DNA of 64,000 bases from a bacterium (GCA_965261085.1 OZ253442.1:960001-1024000), one strand, 5' to 3'. Positions 30,480 to 39,766 are shown, counted from the first letter of the stretch. The notes: generated by a model not told the origin, from the letters alone. Program-made: numbers and translations.

Positions 30480-32129
30480 TCAACCGAACGGATGGGCGTG
30501 GGAGTAGGCCAACTCCTCGCTCGTGATGAACTCGAGAAGCGCGGGCACGCCCTCTTCGGTTTTTCGCCTCGCCTCTACGAACGCCGGGCCGACTTCCGCC
30601 GGGTCCTCCACGCGCTTCGCCCAGCCGCCCAGCGCTCTGGCAATGTCCGCATATTCGCCGCCCACGTCGCGCGTGCCGTATTTTTCATGGGAAATCGCCA
30701 TGTGCGTGGTCTCCACCGCCATGGTGGAGTTTTTGAGCACCACGGTGCAGATGGGGAGGTTCTCGCGCACGGCGGTCTCGAAATCAAGCCCCGTCATGCC
30801 GAACGCCGCATCGCCCATGAAGTTCACGCAGAACTTATCGGGCGCGGCGAGTTTCGCCCCCATGGCGAGGCCGAGCCCCGTGCCGAGTTGGTGGGATTTC
30901 CCCCAGCCGAGATAAGACCTCGGCGTGTCGCACAGATACATGGGCAGCATCTCGAATCGCGGGTTTCCCGAATCGTGAGTGGCGATGACCTCTGCGGGGG
31001 GTACGTTTTGCATCAACTCCCAGATGACGCGGTAGGGGTTGATGGGTTTTTCGTCCGAGGTGAGTTTGGGCGCCCATTCATCGAGCCAGGCCTTTCGCAT
31101 CTGCGCCACCTGCGCCTTTACTCCCTCGCCTCTGCCCGCGCTCTTCACCCGCTCGGCGCAGCAATCGATGAACTGGCGCAGTACGAGCTTCGCGTCCCCG
31201 AGCACGGGATGCGCGGCGTGATAGCTCTTGTTGAGGTCGACGGGGTCGTTCGTCGCGTGGATGATCGTTTTTCCGCCGGGCACGGGCGTGGCGAGTCCGT
31301 GGTCGGTGAGGCTCGAACCGACGGCGAAGACGAGGTCCGCGTCTTTCAAGAAATGATACGCGGGGCCGCTCATGACGCTGGAGGCGGCGCCGAGCGCCAG
31401 GGGATGGTTCGCCTCCGAGATCGCGCTCTTGCCCTCCATGGTGGTCATGACCGGAATCTGGAGAAGCTCCGCCAACTCCCGCAACTCATCGGTCGCCTCG
31501 GCGTAGAGCACGCCCGCGCCCGCGATGATCGCCGGGCGTTCCGCCGCCAGCAGGGCATCGGCTGCGCTCTCCACGTCCTGCGGGTCCGCCTGGGCGCGCA
31601 CGCGCTTCACCGGCGCATAGCCGCGGAGAATATCCTCAGAGACTTCCATGCCCGCCACGTCCGCCGGCAGTTCCACGAGGACGGGGCCGGGGCGTCCGTT
31701 CCTGAGGGCGTGAAAGGCGCGCCGCATGGCGTCGGCGACGCGCCCGGGCACGTTGATCTGCTCGGCCGATTTCGTCACCGAGGCGTAGGAGTCGACGGAA
31801 CTGAACATGGGGAACACGCGGTCGCGCCCCCTGGCGTGGCCCAAGGGAAGCAGGAGCACGGGCGTGGAATCGGAATACGCGGTGGAGATGCCCGGAAAGG
31901 CGTTTTCCGCTCCCGGCCCGTACTGCATGGCGAAAACAGAGGGCGTGGCGCCGTTGGTGACGCGGGCGAAGCCATCCGCGATGCCCACCCCCACGCGCTC
32001 CTGACGGCAGACGATGGGCCGGATACCGATGGCGGCGGCCGCTTCGATCAGGACGGTGGTGGGGTAGCAGTTCAGGTGGTTCACCCCTTCGCGCTTCAGG
32101 ATTTCAGCAATAACGTCGACGACGCGCAT
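30480..32129 (-). CDS. Thiamine diphosphate-dependent enzyme
   Basis: RQERVGVGIADG, GPGAEN, GRPGPV and GDAAFGM...KN motifs. Confidence 0.9.
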   Translation of the reverse strand: MRVVDVIAEILKREGVNHLNCYPTTVLIEAAAAIGIRPIVCRQERVGVGIADGFARVTNGATPSVFAMQYGPGAENAFPGISTAYSDSTPVLLLPLGHARGRDRVFPMFSSVDSYASVTKSAEQINVPGRVADAMRRAFHALRNGRPGPVLVELPADVAGMEVSEDILRGYAPVKRVRAQADPQDVESAADALLAAERPAIIAGAGVLYAEATDELRELAELLQIPVMTTMEGKSAISEANHPLALGAASSVMSGPAYHFLKDADLVFAVGSSLTDHGLATPVPGGKTIIHATNDPVDLNKSYHAAHPVLGDAKLVLRQFIDCCAERVKSAGRGEGVKAQVAQMRKAWLDEWAPKLTSDEKPINPYRVIWELMQNVPPAEVIATHDSGNPRFEMLPMYLCDTPRSYLGWGKSHQLGTGLGLAMGAKLAAPDKFCVNFMGDAAFGMTGLDFETAVRENLPICTVVLKNSTMAVETTHMAISHEKYGTRDVGGEYADIARALGGWAKRVEDPAEVGPAFVEARRKTEEGVPALLEFITSEELAYSHAHPFG

Positions 32130-32326
32130 GAGTGCTCTCCTATCGGTTCGGTGAATGTGTTTCGTCCGGTGGCATGAGTTTCTCACAAGTTTCGGAATAA
32201 GGAAATTTGCGCGCGCAGGAGCGCGCGTTTCGGCGGTTTTGGGTACAATGGCCGTCTTCGAACCGGCGATGATTTCACGGAGCGATAGCGCCGCTCTTGT
32301 ATCTTTTCAGAAAAGGAAGCCCGGCC

Positions 32327-33094
32327 ATGGCGAACCGAGAAGCAACCACCTACGAAGTGAAAAACCACGTCGCGTATCTCACCCTGAACCGGCCAGAGAA
32401 GAAAAACGCCATCAACTACGCCATGCGGAAAGAAGTGCAGGACGCGTACGTGGACATCAAGCACAACCCGGACATCTGGGTGGCCATCATCACGGCGGCG
32501 GGCGACGTTTTCTGCTCGGGCAAGGACATCGTGGAGAAAATGCCCGAAAACGACGGGCAGGTGATGTCGAACGATGAGCTCTATCTCTATTTGCGCTATC
32601 TCTACAAGCCGATTATCTGCGCCATCAACGGGCCCTGCCTGGCCCAGGGGGCGGGCTTTGCGCTGAACTCCGACATCCTGATTTTTTCAGAGCGCGGGTC
32701 CATGGGCTGGCCGCAGGTGCTCCGGGGAATCTCCTCGGTGAGCGGCCCCGCCATGTGCGCGCATGCGATTCCCTGGACAAAGGCGATGAGCTACCTGATG
32801 CGCGGCAAGTTCATCCCCGCCGATGAGTGCCTTCGCCTGGGCGTAGCCACCGAGGTGGTGCCGCACGAGGAGCTTCTCGCTACGGCTGTGCGCTACGCGC
32901 AGGAAATTCTCGAAGCCGCGCCCATGGCTGTTTGCGCCATCAAGGAGGCGGCGCGCCGGGGCGAAGACCTGGCCTATCAGGACAGGGTCTACATGTCGCG
33001 CGACGTGGCGGACCGCATCCTGCACACGGAGGATTCGAAAGAGGGGATCCTCGCATTCCGCGAAAAGAGAAAACCCGAGTGGCGGGGTAGATAG
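32327..33094 (+). CDS. Enoyl-CoA hydratase/isomerase (crotonase) family protein
   Basis: LNRPEKKNAI, FCSGKD, KPIICAING and EDSKEG..AF.EKRKP.W.GR. Confidence 0.88.
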   Translation: MANREATTYEVKNHVAYLTLNRPEKKNAINYAMRKEVQDAYVDIKHNPDIWVAIITAAGDVFCSGKDIVEKMPENDGQVMSNDELYLYLRYLYKPIICAINGPCLAQGAGFALNSDILIFSERGSMGWPQVLRGISSVSGPAMCAHAIPWTKAMSYLMRGKFIPADECLRLGVATEVVPHEELLATAVRYAQEILEAAPMAVCAIKEAARRGEDLAYQDRVYMSRDVADRILHTEDSKEGILAFREKRKPEWRGR

Positions 33095-33155
33095 GCCCTG
33101 ATTATCGTATTTTCCCGGGAAGAGACAAGAACGAATGAAATGGAGATGAAAGCGA

Positions 33156-34163
33156 ATGAGCGATAAACCCGTGGTCTGGGTGGGAACCCCCTTCATACTG
33201 AATTTCGATGATCCGATGGAGATTTTTCAGCCCCTGGTGGATGAGGGTCTGGTGGTTCGCCTCGATGAGTGCCGGGGCTACATGCCCGAGGAAGACGTCA
33301 TCGCCTGCCTGCCCGACGTCACGGCCGTTATCGCAGGGGCGGAGCCGTATACGAGCGACGTGATGGAGGGCGCGCCTCGGTTAAGGATTATCGCGCGCGC
33401 GGGCGTGGGCGTGAACAACGTCGACATACCGGCGGCCACCGAGCGGGGCATACTCGTCGCGAACGCGGCGGGGCAGAATTCCCAGTCCGTGGCCGAGCAT
33501 CTCTTCGGCCTGATGCTCTGCGCGTGCAGGCGCATCGGCTGGCTGGACGTGAACATCAGAAAGGGCCTCTGGCGGGAGATTCAACCACCCGTACGTCCTT
33601 TGAACGGCATGACGCTGGGGATACTGGGGTTCGGGAACATCGGCAAGCAGGTGGCGAAAAGGGCCGTCGCCTTCGACATGAAGGTGATCGCCTACGACAT
33701 CGTGCAAGACGAGGAAACGGCGAATGAATTGGGCGTGCGCTTCGTGAGCTTAGAAGAACTGGCGAGAGAATCTGACTATCTGACCTGCCACGTGCCCTTA
33801 ACACCCGAGACGACGCACATCATCAACCGCGAAGTGTTGAGCCTCATGAAGCCCGACGCCTACGTCTTCAACACCTCGCGCGGGCCCGTATTCGATATCG
33901 ACGCGGTGGCGGACGCCCTGCAAGAGGGCGTCATCCGGGGCGCAGGCATCGACGTGTTCCCCGAGGAGCCGCCCGATTATTCGCATCCCATCTTCGGGCT
34001 GGAGAACGCCGTGCTCACCCCCCACCTCGGCGGCCGGGGCGAGGATGCGATTCGCAACACCTTGCGCCACGCGACCAAGTGCGTTCTCGCGTACTTTAAG
34101 GGCGAGAGGCCGTCCACGCTCGTGAACCCCGAAGCCTACGGGGTACGGGAGCGGGGGAGGTGA
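33156..34163 (+). CDS. D-2-hydroxyacid / phosphoglycerate dehydrogenase-like protein
   Basis: RAGVGVNNVD, GFGNIG, NTSRG, DVFPEEP and LTPHLG. Confidence 0.9.
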   Translation: MSDKPVVWVGTPFILNFDDPMEIFQPLVDEGLVVRLDECRGYMPEEDVIACLPDVTAVIAGAEPYTSDVMEGAPRLRIIARAGVGVNNVDIPAATERGILVANAAGQNSQSVAEHLFGLMLCACRRIGWLDVNIRKGLWREIQPPVRPLNGMTLGILGFGNIGKQVAKRAVAFDMKVIAYDIVQDEETANELGVRFVSLEELARESDYLTCHVPLTPETTHIINREVLSLMKPDAYVFNTSRGPVFDIDAVADALQEGVIRGAGIDVFPEEPPDYSHPIFGLENAVLTPHLGGRGEDAIRNTLRHATKCVLAYFKGERPSTLVNPEAYGVRERGR

Positions 34164-34392
34164 ATCACAGCCTATGAAACCCCAGCGAGTTCCTGTGTAG
34201 GTCGTTCCCGACCGAAGAGAGAGGGAACGCATATGGAGTTGTTGAAAAAGCCCCCCTGGCCCCCCTTGTCAGGGGGGTAAAGGCCATGCGCCCGAAGAGG
34301 GGTTGTTGAATAACCCTGTTTCGGGAGCGAGCGCACTTGACGCTCCCTCATCGGTCGCGTCAAACCCTCGTCTTTCATGGCCACCGTATCGA

Positions 34393-34510
34393 CCTCACCC
34401 TGAGTAGCCGCCGAAGGCGGCGTATCGAGGGGCGCTCCCCTTCGACGCGCTCCCGATGCGCCCCGGCTCTCCCTCGATACGGCGCGCGAGCGCGCCTACT
34501 CGGGATGAGG
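34393..34510. repeat. REP-like bipartite palindrome
   Basis: cctcaccctgagtag...cgtatcgaggg paired with ccctcgatacg...ctactcgggatgagg. Confidence 0.6.
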
Positions 34511-34545
34511 GAGGAGTGTCGTCGCGGGTCAAACGCGAGTGATGA

Positions 34546-34739
34546 GGGGCTGTTGAAAAAGACCCCTTTTTAGAGAGTAGAGGGGACACCCCTTTCGACT
34601 GGTAAAAGCAACCCCCTGTCCCCCCTTCTCAGGGGGGCTTTTCTTCCACCCCCTCGTCGGGGGGCATCGCCTTTACCCCCCTGACAAGGGGGGACAGGGG
34701 GGTTGCTCCCTTGACAAAGGGGTCTTTTTCAACAACCCC
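34546..34739. mobile_element. Inner nested MITE
   Basis: ggggctgttgaaaaagacccctt ... aaggggtctttttcaacaacccc; 5-bp TSD GATGA (34541-34545 / 34740-34744). Confidence 0.82.
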
Positions 34740-34879
34740 GATGAACGAGCGTTTGCAGACCGACGAGGGAGGTATTACGTGCCAGGGCGGCGAATGCGCC
34801 GCAGGCATTTTTCCCTTGAGGGGGTTTTTCAACAACCCCGAAGAGGGAGAGTTTGCGAAAGCCTAGGAACGAGGAACAT

Positions 34880-34948
34880 ATCGGTTCGCAATTCCGCGCT
34901 CCTCGCTCGGAAGAATTCCTCCTTCTTCAGTCGGAATTCACCCCCCAC
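34880..34948. repeat. 69-bp dispersed repeat, copy 1
   Basis: 67/69 identical to the reverse complement of 45073-45141. Confidence 0.85.
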
Positions 34949-35158
34949 CGGTTCGCTTGCGGTCTTACGCCCTTAGCTCACCGACGGACTTTCCCCTCGG
35001 AAAGCCCGACCCTCAAGGGGGGAGTCATTTCTTTGGGGGCTTTTTCAACAGCCCCATATATGCGTCCCGCGCCCAAGGGGGGAGCGGCGTATACCGCGCT
35101 GATTCGGGATGATTGCGCGCAGGCGAAAACCCCGGAGAAGGGTGAATATGTATGCCCG

Positions 35159-35617
35159 CTATAAAGTTCCGTTGATGGCGTAGTTGAGAATCCGCACGAC
35201 CTGTTCGGGCTCTTCGGCCACGACCATGGCGGCGGCGTCGACTTCCTTTAACGCATGGGTGTGGCCCGGGTCGTGCAAGGTGATGACGGCTTTACCCAGA
35301 GCCGCCGCGTAGCCCGCGTCGAACGCGGCGTTCCACTGCCTGTATTTCTCGCCGAAGCGAACGACCACGACGTCGGCCTTCTCGATCAGCGTGCGCGTTC
35401 TGATGGCGTTCACGCCCGCGCCCTTGTGGTCTTTCCAGAACGGTTTTTCCTCATCGCCGAGGATGGACACGCCGCAGTCGTCACTCGCGCCGTGGTCCGT
35501 GACGGGGGCGAGAAAGGTGATCGGCAGCCCCGCTTTTTCCGCGCCCTCGGTGATTCGCTCGCGCCAGTCGGTGTGCACTTCTCCTGAAAGATAGACCGTC
35601 CAACTCGTCTGAGACAT
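35159..35617 (-). CDS. YtoQ family protein (nucleoside 2-deoxyribosyltransferase-like fold)
   Basis: VYLSGEVHTDWRE, HGASDDCG..ILG, RFGEKYRQWNAAFDAG and HALKEVD. Confidence 0.85.
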   Translation of the reverse strand: MSQTSWTVYLSGEVHTDWRERITEGAEKAGLPITFLAPVTDHGASDDCGVSILGDEEKPFWKDHKGAGVNAIRTRTLIEKADVVVVRFGEKYRQWNAAFDAGYAAALGKAVITLHDPGHTHALKEVDAAAMVVAEEPEQVVRILNYAINGTL

Positions 35618-35685
35618 GAAACGCGCTCCTTATCCCTGGAAACAGATTGTGTGAAAAGTGAAAGTTTCGCAAGTGACGCGACGTG

Positions 35686-35716
35686 AAAAACCCCGGCCCT
35701 CTCGGACCGGGGTTTC
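35686..35716 (-). terminator. Intrinsic terminator-like hairpin
   Basis: aaaaaccccggccctctcggaccggggtttc: GC stem with a U-tract on the minus strand. Confidence 0.6.
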
Positions 35717-35855
35717 ACATCTTTCGGTGACTGGTGGGGATTCACCTGGGCGAAGAAGAACCCAAGAATCTCCTCAGGGCTCTCTCCCCTAGGTTCCGGT
35801 CACCTCGTCCCTACAGTGTATTTTCATATTAGGAATCACCTCCTTTCTGACGTAC
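35686..35855 (-). ncRNA. Candidate small transcript (sRNA or 12-aa small ORF MKIHCRDEVTGT at 35789-35827)
   Basis: TTGACT-N17-GATGAT promoter-like signal, AGAAAGGAGGTGA Shine-Dalgarno, short ORF, and terminator hairpin with a T-run at 35686-35716. Confidence 0.45.
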
Positions 35856-35988
35856 TTGGGATCATCGAAAAAGTGAGAGGAAAAGTCAAGGCGAAAAATG
35901 AATGACGGACTGACAGTTCAGCATTGTCCGTGATATACAAATCTCCGCATGGCCGATTCACGCATTCACGCGACGGCCCCACTCCCGC

Positions 35989-36081
35989 GGAGAGGTGTCC
36001 GAGAGGCCGAAGGAGTACGACTGGAAATCGTATGGGCGCCCAAAAGGCGCCTCGAGGGTTCGAATCCCTCCCTCTCCGCCA
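35989..36081 (+). tRNA. tRNA-Ser(GGA)
   Basis: GGAGAGG/CCTCTCC acceptor stem plus GCCA, anticodon arm tacga-CTGGAAA-tcgta, long variable arm ggcgcc-caaaa-ggcgcc, T-loop GTTCGAATC. Confidence 0.95.
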
Positions 36082-36306
36082 ATTAGATACATCTAGCCAT
36101 CTTCATCGGCCATGAAATCATTCTATCCTGTTGATATTATGATGAGTATTTATTTTTTCGATCTTGTCCGGAACACGCCTCCCGCAGTCTGTAATCAAAA
36201 CGCAAGCGGATTCATTGTCACTCCCGCGCATCCCGGCGGGCTCCTGAGGATATGCGGGGAACCGGGGCGGCTCGCTCCATATTCTCCGGGATGGCGCCGC
36301 CTCAGA

Positions 36307-37350
36307 TTATTTCCCTGAAAGACAGGTCTTGAGAGATTTCGCCATCGCGCGCATGAGGGTGAAATACGCATCCTCCCCGGCGGGAACCTTTGCTCCCAGT
36401 GGATCCAGCACGCCTATCCTCGCGGCCGTGCCCCTGATGACGGTCTGCACCAGCTTGGGTTGAAACTGCGGCTCGGTGAACACGCAAATCGACTTCAGGC
36501 CCCTGATCTTCTTGCGAATCTCGACCAGTCGCGCCGTACCCGGCTTTTTCTCGGGAGACACGGCAATCGAGCCGATGGCGTTCAGCCCGTAGCGTTTTTC
36601 GAGATACTGATACGCATCGTGAAAGACGATGTAGGGCGCGTTTCTCACGGGGTCGAGAATCCGGTCCAGTTCCGTGTGTAAATCATAGAGCCCGGCCTTG
36701 AGATTTTTCGCGTTCGCCTCGTATTTTTTTCCGTTCCCGGGGTCCACCTCTTCGAGTTCATGGACGATGGCGGATACCCACTTACGGGCGCTCAAGGGGT
36801 CGATCCAGATGTGCGAATCAAAATGTTCATGAGTCACCGGGCCGTGTTTATCCTCTTTGCGCTTCTCCTCGTCATGATGTTTCTCGTCCTTGTTTTTGTC
36901 CATATGATGATCGCCCATGGCCTCTTTGCGCGCCTCTTCACGGTTTTCATCGCCGTGATGGCGAATTTCATGGCCTTCCCACAAGCCGCCCTCTCTGAGC
37001 TTCAGCTTCCTTACGCCCAATCCCTTCACTTCCGCCAGGGCGATGACTTCCGCCTTTTTCGGAAGAACTTCGAGGGGCCGTTCCAGCCCGGGTGAGAGAA
37101 TATCGCCCACCCAGAAAATCACGCGCGCCCGCTCGAGCTCTCTGGCGTCCGATGGTTTGAGCGAAAACGTATGCGGCGAGGCGGCGCCTTTCATCAAAAG
37201 ATATGGTTCACCGACCCCTTTCATGACGCCTGCGACCAGCGAATGGAGCGGTTTGATGGAGACCACCACGCGGGGCGCCGCAGAGGCGGAGAGCGCGGGT
37301 TGCACGCAGAGGACGATTGCGAGGGCCATGCCGACGAGTCCGTATCTCAT
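36307..37350 (-). CDS. znuA: Zinc ABC transporter substrate-binding protein
   Basis: VVVSIKPLHSL, ASPHTFSLKPS, His/acidic loop, DSHIW, FHDAYQY and LDPLG. Confidence 0.92.
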   Translation of the reverse strand: MRYGLVGMALAIVLCVQPALSASAAPRVVVSIKPLHSLVAGVMKGVGEPYLLMKGAASPHTFSLKPSDARELERARVIFWVGDILSPGLERPLEVLPKKAEVIALAEVKGLGVRKLKLREGGLWEGHEIRHHGDENREEARKEAMGDHHMDKNKDEKHHDEEKRKEDKHGPVTHEHFDSHIWIDPLSARKWVSAIVHELEEVDPGNGKKYEANAKNLKAGLYDLHTELDRILDPVRNAPYIVFHDAYQYLEKRYGLNAIGSIAVSPEKKPGTARLVEIRKKIRGLKSICVFTEPQFQPKLVQTVIRGTAARIGVLDPLGAKVPAGEDAYFTLMRAMAKSLKTCLSGK

Positions 37351-37390
37351 CACTGTTTCCTTTCGGAGTAGGGGTTGAATGGAAAAAAGT

Positions 37391-37410
37391 TATGTTATAC
37401 TATAACGTTA
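37391..37410. promoter_or_regulatory. Zur box between divergent znuA and zur-znuCB
   Basis: Palindrome tatGTTATAcTATAACgtta, matching the known Zur operator core TGTTATA-n-TATAACA. Confidence 0.8.
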
Positions 37411-37435
37411 CAATTTTGTTCGTCAAGGAAATTTT

Positions 37436-37921
37436 ATGACCATTAAAAAAGAACAATTCCCCGAGCATGGTCACGACCATGCGGCCTGCATCGAGGATGC
37501 CTTGAGTCAGGCGGAAGCGCTTTGCCGGACCCGAGGTGTGCGGCTCACGCCGCTCAGGCGACGGGTGCTGGCGATCGTCTGGGAGAGCCACGCGCCCCTG
37601 GGCGCCTACGACGTGCTCGAGCGCATGAACGCCGCCGGTGAGCGAAACGCCCCGCCCACGGCCTACCGGGCGCTGGATTTTCTCTTGGAACACGGCCTCA
37701 TACACCGCATCGAGAGCCTGAACGCATTCGTGGGCTGCGCCATGCCGGGGGACGCCCACAAGGCCCAGTTCTTCATCTGCCGTGATTGCGGAACCGTGGC
37801 CGAGACGCACAGCGAAGAGATCGGCGAGGCGATCGAGGCGAGCGCCACCCAGGCCGGTTTTCAGGTCGACACGCCCGTCGTGGAGATCAGCGGGCAGTGC
37901 CCGGAGTGTTTCGATGATTAG
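37436..37921 (+). CDS. zur: Zinc uptake regulator (Fur family)
   Basis: HDHAAC, RLTPLR.RVL, PPTAYRALDFL, ICRDCG and C-terminal CPEC. Confidence 0.92.
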   Translation: MTIKKEQFPEHGHDHAACIEDALSQAEALCRTRGVRLTPLRRRVLAIVWESHAPLGAYDVLERMNAAGERNAPPTAYRALDFLLEHGLIHRIESLNAFVGCAMPGDAHKAQFFICRDCGTVAETHSEEIGEAIEASATQAGFQVDTPVVEISGQCPECFDD

Positions 37922-38702
37922 CGGGCGACCACCTCTCATCTCCGCGAAAAACATCCACCTGAGCTTCGGCGCGGGGCCGGTTCTCGAGAGGATAGACGCC
38001 GAAATATCGGGGGGTGAAATCCTCACCCTCGTCGGCCCCAACGGCGCGGGCAAAACCACCCTCGTCCGCGTGCTGCTCGGACTTCTCAGGCCCGACTCGG
38101 GCGAGGTTCGCCGAAAAGAGGGTCTCTCGGTCGGCTACCTGCCCCAGGTTTTCGAGGTGGACCCCTCGCTTCCCCTCACCGTGCGCAGGCTGCTCAGCCT
38201 CACGCAAAAACCATCGTGCGAGCAGATGGAGGAGCATCTCGAAGAGGTGGGCGCGAGAAACCTACTGGATCATCCCGTCCAGAACCTCTCCGGCGGAGAG
38301 CGCCAGCGCGTCCTGCTCGCCCGCGCCCTGTTGCGCAACCCCGAACTGCTCGTTCTCGACGAGCCCATCCAGAACGTGGACATCAACGGACAAACCGAAC
38401 TCTACCGCCTGATCTCGAAGATCAGGAACGACAGAGGCTGCGGCGTCATCATGATCTCGCACGACCTCCACCTCGTCATGGCGTTCACCGACCGCGTAGT
38501 GTGCCTCAACAAGCACATCTGCTGCTCGGGACATCCACAAGCCGTGAGCAATCACCCCGAATACCTGGCCCTGTTCGGAAAGCAGGCGGCGGAGACCCTG
38601 GCCGTTTACACGCATCGGCACGACCATGTTCACGGACCAGAAGGGGAGATACTCCCTATAGAGCCGGAAGAAGCCCATCACCATCCTCACGGAGACGCCT
38701 GA
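37914..38702 (+). CDS. znuC: Zinc ABC transporter ATP-binding protein
   Basis: GPNGAGKT, LSGGERQR, SHDLHLVM and ICCSGHP...Y.H.HDH tail. Confidence 0.92.
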   Translation: MISGRPPLISAKNIHLSFGAGPVLERIDAEISGGEILTLVGPNGAGKTTLVRVLLGLLRPDSGEVRRKEGLSVGYLPQVFEVDPSLPLTVRRLLSLTQKPSCEQMEEHLEEVGARNLLDHPVQNLSGGERQRVLLARALLRNPELLVLDEPIQNVDINGQTELYRLISKIRNDRGCGVIMISHDLHLVMAFTDRVVCLNKHICCSGHPQAVSNHPEYLALFGKQAAETLAVYTHRHDHVHGPEGEILPIEPEEAHHHPHGDA

Positions 38703-39496
38703 TGGAGGATTTCATGCTCAGAGGACTCCTGGGCGGGGTGGGCGTCGCCATAGTCACGGGCCCCGTCGGGTGTTTCATCGTCTGGCGCAAGATGGCCTAT
38801 TTCGGGGATTCCATGTCCCACACCGCTCTGCTCGGAGTGGCGATCGGGTTCGCCTTCGGAATCGACTTGCGGCTCGGCACACTGGCCGCCTGCATCGGCC
38901 TCGCGCTGGTCCTTCTCCTGCTCCAGAACCAAAGGAAACTGCCCACGGACACGCTGCTGGGCGTTTTGTCGCACACGGCGCTTTCCGTCGGCATCATCGC
39001 CGTCAGCCTGATGGAAACGCTCCGGGTGGACCTGATGGGCTATCTGTTCGGAGACATCCTCGCGGTCGGCCCGGTGGATTTGTGGTGGATCTACACCGGC
39101 GGCGCGGCTGCCTTGTGCGCGCTCGCGTGGATATGGCGCGGTCTTCTCGCCATCACGGTGAACGAAGAGCTTGCGCGCGCCGAGGGGGTCCCGACCTTCG
39201 CCGTGAAACTCACCTTCATGCTCCTGATCGCCTTCGTCATCGCCATCGCCATGAAGCTGATCGGGATTCTGCTGATCACCTCGATGCTCATCATACCGGC
39301 GGCGGCGGCCCGGCGATTCTCCAAAACGCCCGAGCAGATGGCGGTGTTCGCGATCCTCGCGGGCGTCATCGCCGTGGTGGGGGGGCTATGGGCCTCTCTT
39401 CAGTGGAACGCCCCCGCGGGGCCTTCCATCGTCGTGGCGGCCGCTCTGTTGTTCCTGGTCAGCGCTTTCTGGGAAATACTGGCGGGCAAAGGGTGA
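38702..39496 (+). CDS. znuB: Zinc ABC transporter permease
   Basis: GCFIVWRKMAYFGDSMSH, YLFGDILAV and LIIPAAAAR. Confidence 0.92.
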   Translation: MEDFMLRGLLGGVGVAIVTGPVGCFIVWRKMAYFGDSMSHTALLGVAIGFAFGIDLRLGTLAACIGLALVLLLLQNQRKLPTDTLLGVLSHTALSVGIIAVSLMETLRVDLMGYLFGDILAVGPVDLWWIYTGGAAALCALAWIWRGLLAITVNEELARAEGVPTFAVKLTFMLLIAFVIAIAMKLIGILLITSMLIIPAAAARRFSKTPEQMAVFAILAGVIAVVGGLWASLQWNAPAGPSIVVAAALLFLVSAFWEILAGKG

Positions 39497-39649
39497 TCCG
39501 CGCGGCATCCTCCGGCTCGACGGCGCCCAAGCGGCATCTACCGATCTCGTTTTCCTTCCCGCCGCAGGCCGCCATATGGGCCGGCGACCCATCAACCTGG
39601 AGGAGCCGCCCCCGGCCGCACCGATAGTCTGGAGCGCGCCATGGGAATT

Positions 39650-39745
39650 TCAACTCGGCGCGAAGTTGGAGGTGCAAGGGAGCGGTTCGTCGAGGCGGTA
39701 GTTTGGGTGACCGCCAGCCATGCTTTCGAGGGTTCTGTAGGCGAT
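39650..39745 (-). pseudogene. Possible IS66 transposase C-terminal remnant
   Basis: Frame AYRTLESMAGGHPNYRLDEPLPCTSNFAPS* resembles the IS66 TnpC terminus (L..IA.GHP..R.DELLPW). Confidence 0.35.
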
Positions 39746-39766
39746 GGCGGGACGGGCGTGCTCGGC

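Larger units (their letters stand above)
34299..34839. mobile_element. Middle nested MITE
   Basis: ggggttgttgaataaccc ... gggtttttcaacaacccc; 5-bp TSD GAAGA (34294-34298 / 34840-34844). Confidence 0.8.
34235..35055. mobile_element. Outer non-autonomous element (MITE) with GG(A/G)G(T/C)TGTTGAAAAAG terminal inverted repeats
   Basis: Left end ggagttgttgaaaaagccccc, right end gggggctttttcaacagcccc; flanking ATAT duplication (34231-34234 / 35056-35059). Confidence 0.75.

Noticed and set aside
30492-32177. Long antisense ORFs (e.g. 561 aa here, 611 aa at 60528-62363, 509 aa at 27866-29395, 435 aa at 10894-12201)
   Set aside because: Shadow frames of real high-GC genes, with no recognisable motifs.
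34235-35055. Possible CRISPR or short ORFs in the repeat-rich region
   Set aside because: The repeats are concentric inverted pairs with TSDs, not direct repeats; the ORFs (e.g. PLSPLVRG) are translations of hairpins.
35833-35848. gaatcacctcctttct resembles the 16S rRNA 3' end
   Set aside because: No other rRNA sequence is adjacent; better explained as a minus-strand Shine-Dalgarno.
35989-36081. tRNA-Ser as an integration site of an island or prophage
   Set aside because: No integrase and no duplicated tRNA 3' end were found in the window.
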